From an uncultured delta proteobacterium (GTDB lineage Bacteria > Desulfobacterota > Binatia > UBA9968), in the NCBI GenBank assembly GCA_963745035.1, contig CAVUVW010000014.1, forward strand, positions 544,001 through 608,000: 64,000 nucleotides of DNA, given 5' to 3'. Under the pieces are notes generated by a model. The model was not told the DNA's origin. It was given only the letters and a program-made list of their open reading frames with translations, and made no database searches. Position numbers and translations under genes: made by a program. Positions 32,579 to 44,214 of the stretch are shown here, piece after piece. Every line of letters starts with the position of its first letter. The first letter of the stretch is position 1.

Positions 32579-33577
32579 CTACGTCAGCGGCACCGGCTTC
32601 GGCAGCCCTTGTCTGAGCTGTTGGGAGAAGGCGGGATCTTTGTCGAAGGCGTGCGCGCGTTCGTTCACGCGGGAGAGCTTTTCCAAGTCGGCAAACGGTT
32701 TCGCCGTATCGATGCGGCCGAGTTGGTAGAGATAATCAGGTACATAGCCGCTCAGCAAAACTTTCCACGACATCGGCGGCGACTCGGGATTTACTCGCGT
32801 GTGCGTGAGAATGGTCGTCGTGCAGTTGGTCGTCAGTGTATTGTAAAAGCGCGGGTGCTCGCACAGGTCGTTCATCGCCCGAATGTAATCGAGAAAGCTC
32901 CGCCGGATGTTTCTCTGCGGCGTGCGCGTGCGGTAGACGTAAACATCTTCCTGTGGCTGACGATAAGTCGTGCGGACACCGATCACGTCTCGCTCGTCGG
33001 CCACGACGTAGTAAAGCTCGTATCGGCGAAAAAAACCCGCCAGAGTCGAATAACTTTCGCCCTTTTCCTTACGTGTCTCGATCGACACCGCCAAGTAATC
33101 CTGGTCTTGGAACCCGAAGCTGACCATGATGTGAGCGGTTGCTTTGCCTGCCCAGTAGACGGCGATGATATCGACGGAATCGAGTTTGCGAAGATCGTAG
33201 GTGCGCTCTTCCCAGCGCGGCGTAAAGTCGCTCTCGCTCCGGTAGTCGAAGTTTCTCACGCCGCGGATCGTGACCAGATCACCGTTGACGGTTGCGTGCG
33301 GTGTGACCGAGACTTCAGGTTGCCAGTCGCGATCGTTAGAGGCGGGTATGCGGCGGAACAAGATCACCAACACAGCGAAGATAGCGAGTGCGGCAATGGC
33401 CGTTCTGGCCGGGCTCGGCAGCAGTGCAAAGGCGACAATAGTCGCCGTGCCGTAGGTCGCGGCGGCAAAAGTGCGCCACCGCGCCGGCAACAGCGGCGAA
33501 AAATACAATGCGCCGACTCCCCACAGCGTGATCGCCGTTATCGTGATCCCAAGTAAAATGTTAATGAAAACTCTCAC
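32579..33577 (-). CDS. DUF4105 (Lnb N-terminal-like) membrane protein
   Basis: SNDRDWQPEV, VRNFDYRS, AHIMVSFGF, FYNTLTTNCTT. Confidence 0.88.
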   Translation of the reverse strand: MRVFINILLGITITAITLWGVGALYFSPLLPARWRTFAAATYGTATIVAFALLPSPARTAIAALAIFAVLVILFRRIPASNDRDWQPEVSVTPHATVNGDLVTIRGVRNFDYRSESDFTPRWEERTYDLRKLDSVDIIAVYWAGKATAHIMVSFGFQDQDYLAVSIETRKEKGESYSTLAGFFRRYELYYVVADERDVIGVRTTYRQPQEDVYVYRTRTPQRNIRRSFLDYIRAMNDLCEHPRFYNTLTTNCTTTILTHTRVNPESPPMSWKVLLSGYVPDYLYQLGRIDTAKPFADLEKLSRVNERAHAFDKDPAFSQQLRQGLPKPVPLT

Positions 33578-33667
33578 GCAAGCCTAACTCTATGCTTCGA
33601 GTGAATCAGGCAAATCTTTAGTCTTCTCATCGCGGCGGGTCGGCCGTGAAGCGGCCGGGCATCTTTG

Positions 33668-35552
33668 TTATGCGATTTCCAATGGGGAAACTGTCTTGAC
33701 TGTTGGCGACATCACTGAGGGAGTCTTAAAAAGCACCGGATCGAGCCGGGCCAGCAGTTTGTGGATTTTGGGGATCTGAACGAGCGCGGCCCGTTCGCCG
33801 ACCGTAAAAAGTTCCCTTGCGCGCATGAACTCCGACAGGTCGAAATCGATAACTTCGGGCTCGATCACGATCTCCGCCGGTCGCACGCCAATGGCGTTGA
33901 GGCTGAAATTCTGCACTTCTAGGGTGCGCAGCAGCGTCTGCAGGTTTGACGGAATTCGCATGCCGAACGTGGGCGTATCCGGCTTATTGGCGCCAAACTG
34001 CCTTGCGATTTCGGCCGTAACGCTGACGGCGATCACGAAGTTGCACCCCTGAGCGATAAGCACGTCGGCGGGAATATTATTCACCAACCCGCCATCGATC
34101 AGGGCCTGTCCGTTGCGGCAGATGGGGGCCGCAAGCATAGGCAAGTTGATGCTTTCGAGGATCGCATGCGCGGCGTCTCCCTGATCGCGGACCACCGCTT
34201 GCCCACTCACCAGATCGGCGGTAATCGTGAGACACGGTACCGCCAGTTGCTCCAACTTCCAGTCGTGCAGGTATTTTCGCAGCATCGGATCGAACTGGCC
34301 GCGGCGATATTTGTAGAGAAGGTACCAGTAGCCGCCGCTGGGAAGCTGGCCGAAGATCCACGGGGGGGTCAGATCGGCGGCGAACCGGCTGGCTAGATAT
34401 TCGCAATCCAGGCCTGCGGAATACATGACCCCGGTCATCGCCCCCGCGCTCGTGCCGGCGACCACATCGACGACGATGCCATTCTGATCGAGGGCGTCGA
34501 GCACACCCAGATGCGCCATGCCGCGGGCAGCCCCACCGCCTAGGGCCACGCCGATCCTGATGCCCCGCAGGTAATGGACCAGGCGCTCCATGCTGTTGGA
34601 ATGCGCCTTTCCCCAGGGATGCGGAAGCGGGGATGCGCAGATTTTGAATTCCCGGCTCGCGAAGTTGCGCAGTTCCGGTACCGCGGGCACCACGCCACTG
34701 CCCTCGTCCAGCTCCCACACGATGGCGATCTTGTCGCGCCAGCCTTGTGACGCCAAGTTCAACGCGCGCAATCGCTCTATGGCTGAGTCGATCTCATGCG
34801 GCCGAATAAACACCAGGGCGCAATCGGCTGGCCGCAAGAGCACGGCCCAGTCCAAATTTTGAGCAGCAGTAATATCGACGACGATGCGTTTGGCGTGATT
34901 CCACTCAGCAATCTGGTCGGCGCATCTCTGCCACCTCGATGAGCCGGTTGTCCTTCAACAGTGAACGGAACCCCACATCGGGCATCGACCGCCAAGAGTC
35001 GGCGTCGCTGAGAACGCAGATGGCTTCGCCCAACTCTTGCAGCCGCCCAATGATCTTTTGGGCGAGGTTGCGGGTCGCCGGGGATTGGTGGAGCATTGCG
35101 ATCACCTTCGGCGACTGCCCGGCGGTAGGCTCCAGAAAGCGCCGCCGCAGGCTGCGGGCGTAACTCTGCAACCATTGCCGGCGCAGGTCGGGGTGCAGGA
35201 GCACCAACTCCATCGACTTTTCATGATCCAAACGCAGGATCGTCGAAGGCTCCAGCGCGAAAATTCGGACGGGGATGGATTCGCCAAGGCCGCCCAGTAT
35301 CATGCCGTACTGCTCGCCGCGCTCGAACATCTGAAAGAGATGCTCATCGCCGCGCGAGTCCACACGCACGCTCTTCAGCCGACCCCGGAGTATAAAGCAG
35401 ATTGAGCTGAGGGGATCGTTAAGCTGGTGGACGACCGCAGCAGTGTCGTAGTTAGTGATCGTCCCAAACCGGGCGATTTCCCCGAGTGCAGTGTCGCTGA
35501 CGCCGCGAAAGTATTCATGTGCCTTGAGGAGGTCAATTACGTCGTTGTCCAT
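33668..35552 (-). CDS. cyclic-nucleotide-binding patatin-like phospholipase (frameshift ~34915)
   Basis: N-terminal cNMP domain (FILRGRLK, GEQYG); patatin GGGAARG, GTSAG, DGG. Confidence 0.85.
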
Positions 35553-35747
35553 AGCACTCCTTTTGATGTCCTACGAATGGCCGCGGCCGCGACGGTCTTC
35601 ACCGGTTGACTGCGATGGCCGAGCCGGGCGTGCCTCCTTCCAACACCTTGGTCAAAGCTTGGGAGAGGAATAATTCTTTCGCGAAAACTACCTCCGTGAA
35701 TCCTCGTGGCTTGACTGCTTCTAGTAGTAAACAACGGCTTTCGTGCC

Positions 35748-35767
35748 TATTGGACCAAAGACCAATA
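35748..35767 (-). promoter_or_regulatory. 20-bp palindromic operator, copy 6 (probably leftward)
   Basis: TATTGGACCAAAGACCAATA; minus-strand TACTAG begins after a 21-nt gap. Confidence 0.7.
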
Positions 35768-35948
35768 TCCAGGGCATGACACAGGGAACGCACCCAGTAT
35801 ACTGCCGAAGTCACGGCTGGCCAATTAAGAAGATGAGCCGCCCGCGCTAGTACGCAAATAGCCGGCGACTTCTGGACGTGCCCGTCTGTGAGCAGCGAAT
35901 GGCCGGAATTTCTCGAACAATCTTTGCTTAGATGCAGCGAGCCCGCCG

Positions 35949-35968
35949 TATTGCACCAAAGTCCAATA
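35949..35968 (+). promoter_or_regulatory. 20-bp palindromic operator, copy 7
   Basis: TATTGCACCAAAGTCCAATA; TAGAAA at 35990 (21-nt gap); upstream of porin 2. Confidence 0.75.
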
Positions 35969-36103
35969 TACAGATTTGCTGCTATTGGCTAGAAAGGACG
36001 GTATTACGCGAACTCAGACATAATTCATAATTGACGGCGATGTATCACCGAAATTTGCATGTTATCGAGCATTTTTAGGGTGACTTTAGTTAAGATAAAC
36101 ACA

Positions 36104-37460
36104 ATGAGCGGAACGGTTTTACTGTTTTGCATCGCCTTTTACCGCGCAGCTCTGGGCGGGCGAAGCGGCATTGTCGGCGCCATATTCCGGTAATCTTCTG
36201 ACCCGCACCACGCTCAGCGGCGATTGGGGTGGATTGCGCAACGAGTTGGCCGCCAAAGGCGTGACGATCGACATGAGCCTGACTCAGTCCGCGCAAGGCA
36301 TCGTTCACGGAGGCAAAGACACCGGCTGGCAGTACAGCGGCGGGCGCGGCGACATCATCCTCAACCTGGACACGCAGAAACTCGGCCTCTGGCCTGGCGG
36401 CTTTTTTAACCTCGAAGCGGAAGGCAATTTCATCCCCGCAGATAATTTACGCAAGTCTATCAACGGCAGAACCGGCGCGCTGATGTACGTCAACAACAGC
36501 CAAATATATCCGACAACCGCGGGCGACAACTTCAACTTGCCCGCATTAAACTTTACTCAAAATCTTTCACCGTACTTTGGTTTGACGATCGGCAAGTATG
36601 CCACAATCACCTCCAGCTCTGGAGATATGAACGAGTTTGCCCATGGCAAGGGCGACACGCAATTCATGAATATGGCATTCAACGTGAATCCGGTTACCGC
36701 CTTGACCGTGCCCTATTCCACCTTGGGAACCGGGGTGATCGCGTGGCCGACGAAAGATCCTAAGCAGGCGATATTGAGTTTTTATTTAATGTCATCGACC
36801 GGCAAAGCCAGCACCAGCGGCTTCGATGACTTGAACGACGACAATTTGACCTTTGCCGGCGAGGGGCAAATGAGAACGGACTTTTTCGGTTTGACCGGAC
36901 ATCAGCTTTTCGGCACGATTTTCTCGAACAGGGAATTTTCGTCGATCGACCAGAACGCGCGCTTCATCTTCGAGAACGGAGCTCTCGAAGGCAAGAAAGG
37001 CTCGTGGAACGTTTATTATAACTTCGACCAGTACGTCTACGAGCCTAAGAAAGGATCCGGAGAAGGCATCGGAATTTTTGGCCGCTTCGGCGCATCGGAC
37101 GGCAATCCCAACTTCATGCATTTTTTCTACAGCTTGGGGATCGGCGGCAAAGGGGTGATTGCCAACCGCGAACGCGACCAGTACGGCTTTGGTTTTTACT
37201 ACATCGACGTCAAAAATCCGGAACTTCGAGGTTTGTTTCGGAGCATCAAGTTACTGCGCGACGAGTACGGCTTCGAGGCTTTCTATAATATCGCCATCAC
37301 GCCGTGGCTGATGCTGACTCCTGACATTCAAGTTGTCCGAGGCGCGCAGAAGGAGCAAGTCACAATCGGACGCAGCCTCCCGGGAGTACCGTTCATCGCC
37401 AGCCGGAAAAGCATTGGCACCGCGACGGTTCTCGGACTGCGCATGCAGATGGTGTTCTGA
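36104..37460 (+). CDS. OprB-family carbohydrate porin, copy 2 (frameshift in signal peptide)
   Basis: Close paralog of 23217-24599; ATG 36104 gives MSGTVLLFCIAF, continuing after a frameshift as AQLWAGEAALSAPY. Confidence 0.88.
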
Positions 37461-37520
37461 AAAGGAAAGAGGTCGACGAACGAAAGAGAATAGACAACCA
37501 ACAAAAAGGACCAACTCAGA

Positions 37521-38258
37521 ATGACACGACTGAAAATTGCACTCGGGTTCATCCTGCCGCTTGCCATCGGCTCGACAAGTTCGGTGCTGGCGCAACATTG
37601 GAGCTATGAGGGCGACTCCGGACCGCAGAACTGGGGCAAGCTGGATGCGAAGTTTGCCGTTTGCGCCAGCGGCAAGAACCAGTCGCCCCTCGACCTCAGA
37701 AACTTTGTCGAGGCCGATTTGAAGCTGCTCAAGCTCGACTACAAGGCAGGTGCCGCGGACATCGTAAATACCGGCCACACGGTGCAGATCAATTACGCCC
37801 CCGGAAGCGCTCTCTCCGTCGACGGCATCAGTTTCGAGTTAAAACAATTCCACTTTCATTCACCCAGTGAAAACAAGATCAATGGCAAGCAGTTTCCGCT
37901 CGAGGGCCACCTGGTGCACGCCGATAAAGAGGGCGATCTCGCGGTTGTAGCGGTTATGATCGAGGAAGGTGCGGCCAATCCTCTGCTCACCAAGCTCTGG
38001 GAGAAGATACCGAAAAAGGGTGAAAAAGGGCCGGTCCCCGGCGGATTGAGCGTAACGCAACTGCTGCCGAAGGGTCGGGATTATTACCGCTTCGACGGCT
38101 CGCTCACGACGCCGCCGTGCAGCGAAGGCGTGCGCTGGTTCGTCATGAAGCGCCCCTCCACCGCTTCGAAGGCGCAGATCGAGCAGTTTTCCAAAACTCT
38201 GGGCTTTGCGAATAACCGCCCCGTGCAGCCGGCCAACGCGCGCGTCGTTCTGCGATAG
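37521..38258 (+). CDS. cah: periplasmic alpha-class carbonic anhydrase
   Basis: Signal peptide, HWSYEG, QSP, QFHFHSPSE, EGHLVH, GSLTTPPCSEGVRW, NNRPVQP. Confidence 0.95.
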   Translation: MTRLKIALGFILPLAIGSTSSVLAQHWSYEGDSGPQNWGKLDAKFAVCASGKNQSPLDLRNFVEADLKLLKLDYKAGAADIVNTGHTVQINYAPGSALSVDGISFELKQFHFHSPSENKINGKQFPLEGHLVHADKEGDLAVVAVMIEEGAANPLLTKLWEKIPKKGEKGPVPGGLSVTQLLPKGRDYYRFDGSLTTPPCSEGVRWFVMKRPSTASKAQIEQFSKTLGFANNRPVQPANARVVLR

Positions 38259-38611
38259 CGCGGCTACGGGAGAATTTGCATGCAGTGTTCGGCCGCAAAT
38301 TTCGAGTCGGGGGGCATGGTAGGATTTCGCCGACGCTGTGCAGGTCCGAAGCGATCTCGCGGCCGCGGTTTACCATCCGGTGCATGGCTGAGGGTCTTGT
38401 CCTTTCCTTTGTTGCAGTGTGAAATCCGTTTGTTGCGCGACGGGTGGATCGGATGAACGCGAAGATCTATCGAGAATTTCTCCACGAGGACAGAAAGGTG
38501 GCCTTTCCGAGAGCTGATAGCCGTTCGCTAGCAGACACCATTGCAAGCTCTAAGACTGCCAAACAACTTAAGATGAGTAGAAGCGCTGCTCGGCAACGCG
38601 GCGTGAACAGA

Positions 38612-40261
38612 ATGATGATTCTAAGGATCATGCGGCAGATGTTGTTGGCAAGCGGTTGGGCGTTGGTGTGGATCATGGTGAGCTTTGCGCCGCCGGCGTT
38701 CGCCGCGGAGGGAACTCAGGCTTCGGGTTTAGATGCGGAGCTGCCGTCCGCGCCCGTCGAGGTCGATGGCTATGTACTTTTTCGTGTGCGCGGCGCGTCG
38801 TTTTTTCCGGCGGAAAAACGCGCCGCGGCCATTGCAGAACGGATCGAGGCCTTCGCCGCTGACCCGAGCGTACGTGCCGACGCCGTCATTCCCGTCGAAA
38901 TTGAAAACGGCATTGCGATCATGGCGGGAAGTCAACGCTTGATGGTGGTGGTGGAAGAGGATGCCAAGCTGGAGTCCGTTGACCGCACGGTGCTGGCAAA
39001 GGGTATCGCGCGCAGCATAAGTCAGGCTGTTGCGCGGCATCGATACGCGCGCAGCCAGGAAGCGCTGATTCATAGTCTCCTGCTTGCCGCCGGCGCTACC
39101 CTGGTCTTCGCGGCGTTCATCGCACTCGTCCTATGGCTGTCAAGGCGATTGCACGCGGGCTTGGAGCGACGCTACCACAAACGCGTTCACTCGGTGGGCA
39201 TCCAGTCTTTTCAGATCGTCCGCGCCGAACAGATCTGGGGCACGCTCAAAAGATTCATCAATGGAACACGCCTGGCGGTTATCTTGGTGATGGGTTTTCT
39301 CTATCTGCAATACGTGCTCGCCTCCTTTCCCTGGACGCGAGGAGCTGCGAATCGATTGCTCACTTACGTCCTCGGTCCGATTGGCACGATGGGGCGGGGC
39401 ATTGCAAACGAGATCCCGGATATCATCTTCCTGGTCATCTTGTTTTTCGTCACGCGCTACGTGCTCAAATTGCTGCATCTCTTCTTCGCCGCGGTCGGGC
39501 GCGGCGAAGTCTCGTTTGCCGGTTTCGACCGTGACTGGGCCGATCCGACGTACAAGCTCCTGCGATTGGGGATCGTTATTTTCTCGGTGGTCGTCGCCTA
39601 TCCTTATATCCCCGGCTCAGGCTCGGAGGCGTTCAAAGGAATCTCCATCTTCGTCGGCATCGTTTTCTCGTTAGGCGCGTCCTCCGCCGTTGCAAATATG
39701 ATCGCCGGTTACATGCTGACCTACCGGCGCGTTTTCAGAGTCGGTGATCGCGTCAAAATCAACGACATCATGGGTGACGTCATTGAGACCCGGCTTCAGG
39801 TGACGCATCTGAGGACCGTCAAGAACGAGGAGGTGATTGTTCCCAATTCCACCATCCTCAGTAATGAAGTGGTGAACTACAGCTCGCTGGCGCGCAGAGG
39901 AGGGCTGATCCTGCACACCAACGTCGGTATCGGTTACGAAACGGCGTGGCGCCAAGTCGAGGCGATGCTCCTGATGGCCGCTGAGCGCACTCGCGGCTTG
40001 ATGAAAGATGCTCAGCCCTTCGTTCGTCACCAGGCGCTCAACGACTTTGCGGTGAACTACGAGATCAACGTTTACTGCGATGACGCCCAAAAGATGGGAG
40101 AGATTTACACCGATTTGCACCGGAATATCCTCGACGTGTTCAACGAATACGGCGTGCAGATCATGACTCCGGCCTATGAGGGTGATCCGCAAGAGCCAAA
40201 GGTCGTGCCAAAGGAGCAGTGGTTTAGCGCGCCGGCGAAAGTCGGTGCCGAATCAAAGTAG
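38612..40261 (+). CDS. MscS-family mechanosensitive channel with periplasmic N-terminal domain
   Basis: AYPYIPGSGS, FRVGDRVKI, VIVPNS, VQIMTPAYE; start approximate. Confidence 0.88.
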   Translation: MMILRIMRQMLLASGWALVWIMVSFAPPAFAAEGTQASGLDAELPSAPVEVDGYVLFRVRGASFFPAEKRAAAIAERIEAFAADPSVRADAVIPVEIENGIAIMAGSQRLMVVVEEDAKLESVDRTVLAKGIARSISQAVARHRYARSQEALIHSLLLAAGATLVFAAFIALVLWLSRRLHAGLERRYHKRVHSVGIQSFQIVRAEQIWGTLKRFINGTRLAVILVMGFLYLQYVLASFPWTRGAANRLLTYVLGPIGTMGRGIANEIPDIIFLVILFFVTRYVLKLLHLFFAAVGRGEVSFAGFDRDWADPTYKLLRLGIVIFSVVVAYPYIPGSGSEAFKGISIFVGIVFSLGASSAVANMIAGYMLTYRRVFRVGDRVKINDIMGDVIETRLQVTHLRTVKNEEVIVPNSTILSNEVVNYSSLARRGGLILHTNVGIGYETAWRQVEAMLLMAAERTRGLMKDAQPFVRHQALNDFAVNYEINVYCDDAQKMGEIYTDLHRNILDVFNEYGVQIMTPAYEGDPQEPKVVPKEQWFSAPAKVGAESK

Positions 40262-40371
40262 AACAGGAACACCGAACGATCTGACCCCCTCTATTTCAGC
40301 ATTCGAACCGTAGCGCTCAACGCAACGAAAAATCTGTTTGAGCTGCACATTCCAATCTTCTGTCCGTTTCT

Positions 40372-40391
40372 TATTGGACCAAAGTCCAATA
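40372..40391 (+). promoter_or_regulatory. 20-bp palindromic operator, copy 8
   Basis: TATTGGACCAAAGTCCAATA; TAGATT at 40413 (21-nt gap). Confidence 0.8.
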
Positions 40392-40894
40392 TACGCGCTT
40401 GATCGGGTTCGCTAGATTTCAAATATCGACGCTATCGGTATCTCGAGCCTTACTCGGGATCGCTTCTTGGACGAGGAAGCGAAATCTACGTGCAACATCA
40501 TCCGAGCAAAAGTCATCAGGAAAAGCCGGGCGAATTTTATGATGACGTTGCACGGATTTGGATGATTGCGCTGCCGGCGTATGCTTCCGCGGTTAGATCC
40601 ACTGCACGGTTCGCCGAAGCCCTGCAAGTTCGCGGTTCGTTGGAATTGGCGGTGGTCTCCGAACGAGACTTCGAGCCACGCAGCAGCGGCAGTTGCGCGT
40701 CGCGCATCTACGGCAAAGCTTCCAGCAATCTGCCCTGGACGATTTTGTCGCGGGCACGATACGACCAGGAATGGCACGATCGAACAGGTGCTATTCGACA
40801 GCATGAGCCGCGATGACGCGACCGAAATCGCCACCGTGAGCTATGCCAGTATGCATCATCAACCATGGTCGCCATTCGTCGAGGAGATCATCTC

Positions 40895-41636
40895 ATGAAG
40901 ACAACCACCCTGCGATGTTTGGGAGTCTTGGCGTTTTGTTTTTTCGCTGGCATGCGGCCAGACCGGAGTTCGCGAAGCCAAACGGATTCCGCAAACCGAT
41001 CTGCCGCGACCCGGCCGGATCCTCGTCTATGACTTCGCGGTGAGCGAGCAGGAAGTCAAAGGATATCAGGAAATCATGCGGCAACAGCCGGCGATCAAAG
41101 ATGTCGCCGAGCGTGAACGCCTGGTTGCGCAAGAAGTCAAGGATGCGCTGGCGGAGGAGTTGGTCGATGCATTAAAGCCGCTCGGATTCATCGTCGAGCG
41201 GGTGCCGCGCGGTACTCGCGTTAGCGATCACGATCTATTGATCGTCGGCCAGTTCATGACCGTCGAAGAAGGCAATCCGTCAAAGCCGTTTACGGTGGGC
41301 TTCGGCAGCGGCGCTTCGGGTGTCGGGACGGAAGTGCAGGTATATCAGGCGCCGCAATCGCGCAGAGTGCTGCAATTGATGACGCAATCGGACAGCGGCA
41401 AGCTGCCCGGCGCGGCGCCTCTGCTGGGCGCGGGGGCGGTAGCGCAGGGAGGAGTCAGCGCCGGAATGGCCGTGCCCAAGGCCACCGTTTCCGGCGTGAA
41501 AACATATCAATCGGTTGTCGCCCGGATGGCTGCAGCAAGCGGCAATCAGGTGGCACGTTACCTATCCGAGTTTTTTGCCAAGCAAGGATGGATCAGATCG
41601 GATCAGGTGCGAAAAGCGACGGTGATCACTGAATAG
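40895..41636 (+). CDS. DUF4410-like lipoprotein (frameshift in signal peptide)
   Basis: SD GAGGAG, MKTTTLRCLG, then LACG...LPRPGRILVYDFAV, VGFGSG, FFAKQGWI. Confidence 0.78.
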
Positions 41637-41722
41637 TTTAGCACGGCAGATGACGACAAGTTCCGCACGCAGGGAAGGATGGCGCCAGAGAAAAACCAAG
41701 AATTCGCTGGCCGAGGAGTCAG

Positions 41723-42115
41723 ATGACAATGGTTCAAGCACTGATGAAAATAGCACTGGCTAGAGCAATGCAACCGACTGCTCGCCGATGGCTCGGTATT
41801 ATTATCGTCGCAACGATCGCGTTTACCGGGTGCGTTGTCTACGAGCCGGTGCCTGTGCCGGCCCCGAGCACATTCGATCGTTCCTGGAACGCCGCCCTCG
41901 CCGCGGCACAGGACGAGGGCGTGCGGATTACTTCCGAGAATCGAGGCAGCGGAGTGATCCTGGGTTCTCGTAACGAGCAGGAGGTCACGATCAGCGTTCA
42001 GTCCCAGGCCGATGGCGGTGCGCGCGTGGAAATCAGTGCGCGCGGGCCGAAGGGCGCCGACACCGGCTTGGCTAATCGAATTTCCCGCGCCTACGACCGG
42101 CGCATGGGGAGATAA
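41723..42115 (+). CDS. hypothetical lipoprotein
   Basis: Lipobox FTGC, FDRSWNAALAA. Confidence 0.7.
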   Translation: MTMVQALMKIALARAMQPTARRWLGIIIVATIAFTGCVVYEPVPVPAPSTFDRSWNAALAAAQDEGVRITSENRGSGVILGSRNEQEVTISVQSQADGGARVEISARGPKGADTGLANRISRAYDRRMGR

Positions 42116-42158
42116 CACGCAGTTCGGATGGTCGCTCACGAATCTAAGGAGTACTCAT

Positions 42159-44042
42159 TTGGATCGCCATTCAATTCTATGGGTGCTGACGGCGCTACTG
42201 TTTCTGGCGGCCGGGTGCGCGACTCCGATCGGCGTCAATCAGGTCGATCGCGCTGTCGCGTATCGTTCGCTCACCGCCAATGCGATGTCGGCGGGGAGGG
42301 CAAGCTCTTTTTCGGCGCGCGAGCTGATGAACCGCGACTTGTACCAGCGCTTCGATGAAGATCCTGAGAATGCTCTCGCCGAACTGCACGCCGATCTGGC
42401 ACCGCAGGGCGATGAGGACCGCCTCTTCGCGCTCGCCGAGCTTTCTTTTCTTCACGCACTGAACAGCGGCAATCGCTCGTACTATCTCGCCGCGGCCGTC
42501 TACGCGTACTCGTTTGTCCTTCCAGGCAAGCGCGGCACCTCGCCAAGGGGCATCGACCCGCGGCTGCGTTGGGCGGTGGATCTGTATAACCAGTCGCTCT
42601 CCCAGGCTGCGAAATCGGATGAAGGACCCTACGCGGTCCCTATGGGCGGTACGTTCAAGCTTCCGTTCGGCGAATTGACCGTGGAATTCGACGAGCGCGA
42701 TCTCATCTGGTCGGGCTTCCGCATGAAGGATTTTATTCCCGCGGCAGATGTGGAAGTGCGTGGCTTGCGCAACCGCTACCGGACACCCGGCATCGGCGCC
42801 GCGCTCGCCGCTTCGATCGAGCCGATTGAGGGCGTGACGGATAAAAGCTCCATGCGCATTCCGCCCAGGCTCAGGATTCCCGTCACGGCCTTTTTGCGGC
42901 TCGACGATCCGCGCGCCGCTTTGGCTTCCGGCCGGTTGAAAGGGAAATTGGAATTCTACACGCAGGACTCGAGTCGGTCGCTCAAGATCGAAGGACTGGA
43001 CGTTCCGATCGAGTACGAAACCACTTCCGCTCTGGCCCTTACTTTGGAAGGCTCGCCGGTTTGGGATTTCGAGATCGCCGGTTTTCGCTCCGGTGACTTC
43101 ACCATCGGTGGAGCAAATCTCCGCGAAGGTCTGTTCATGCTCCATCCGCGCAAGGCCGGCCGGACCCCGGTCGTGCTGGTGCACGGAACAGCTTCGAGTC
43201 CGGCACGGTGGGCGGAGTTGGTGAATGAATTAGAGAACGACCCGCGATTTTGGCAGAATTATGAGATTTGGCTGTTCATGTACAATACGGGTAATCCCGT
43301 CGCTTATTCAGCGATGCTCCTGCGCGAAGCGTTGACCCGCGTTGTCAAAGAATTGGATCCGGACGGGACCGATCGGGGACTCCAACAGATGGTCGTCATC
43401 GGCCATAGCCAAGGCGGTTTGTTGACCAAGATGACGGCGATCGACAGCGGCATGCACCTCTGGCCTTTCAAGGTGCCGGCCGAAGAATTGGATGTCGAGG
43501 CGGAAAGTCGTGAGCTTCTGACCAATGCATTGCTGATCAAACCTCTGCCGTTTGTCCGCCGGCTGATCTTTATTGCAACGCCGCACCGGGGCAGCTATCA
43601 GGCTCTAGGGCTCTTGGGCAATTTGGCCTCCTGGCTGGTGCATCTACCCGGCCGCTTTACCAAATTGAGCCTGGAGCTGTTGACGCTCCAGAGCAAGGGC
43701 ATTCTTCTCGCCCCGGTGACCGGCATGCCGACCAGCGTCGATAATATGAACCCCAATAACCGCTTTATTCGAGCCTTATCGGCGATTCCCATCGCTCAGG
43801 GAGTAGTCGCCCACTCGATCGTCGGTGTCGATGGCAGCGGCCCGCCGGCGGAGGGTGGCGATGGTGTAGTCAAGTATTCCAGCGCTCACATCGACGGTGT
43901 CGAGTCGGAGAAGATCGTGCGCTCGGGGCACTCCATGCAGGGCAATCCGGAAACCATTCAAGAGGTGAAGCGCATCCTGACCGAACACGCCCAAAAAATT
44001 GCGGCGGGCGTTGAGAGCGGCATAGCCGGGTCCTTGCAGTAA
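42159..44042 (+). CDS. alpha/beta hydrolase lipoprotein
   Basis: SD AAGGAG with TTG start, lipobox AAGC, VLVHGT, GHSQGG, IATPHRG, GDGVV, GHS. Confidence 0.88.
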   Translation: MDRHSILWVLTALLFLAAGCATPIGVNQVDRAVAYRSLTANAMSAGRASSFSARELMNRDLYQRFDEDPENALAELHADLAPQGDEDRLFALAELSFLHALNSGNRSYYLAAAVYAYSFVLPGKRGTSPRGIDPRLRWAVDLYNQSLSQAAKSDEGPYAVPMGGTFKLPFGELTVEFDERDLIWSGFRMKDFIPAADVEVRGLRNRYRTPGIGAALAASIEPIEGVTDKSSMRIPPRLRIPVTAFLRLDDPRAALASGRLKGKLEFYTQDSSRSLKIEGLDVPIEYETTSALALTLEGSPVWDFEIAGFRSGDFTIGGANLREGLFMLHPRKAGRTPVVLVHGTASSPARWAELVNELENDPRFWQNYEIWLFMYNTGNPVAYSAMLLREALTRVVKELDPDGTDRGLQQMVVIGHSQGGLLTKMTAIDSGMHLWPFKVPAEELDVEAESRELLTNALLIKPLPFVRRLIFIATPHRGSYQALGLLGNLASWLVHLPGRFTKLSLELLTLQSKGILLAPVTGMPTSVDNMNPNNRFIRALSAIPIAQGVVAHSIVGVDGSGPPAEGGDGVVKYSSAHIDGVESEKIVRSGHSMQGNPETIQEVKRILTEHAQKIAAGVESGIAGSLQ

Positions 44043-44214
44043 AGAGCGACTTTGCCCTGTCAATCAATACATCGATTGCGATGCGGATGGACATGCGAAT
44101 CTTATTGTTGTACGCAGAGTACGTTTCGCGTGCTCGCACGCCCGTGCTGGGAAAACTGGATTGCAGCGCGCTGCGGCGCCAGACAATGGGTTTGGGTCAT
44201 GGGAGGTAATTGAG

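Noticed and set aside
40412-40898. Short overlapping ORFs after operator copy 8
   Set aside because: No recognisable family, SD or consistent frame; possibly decayed gene debris
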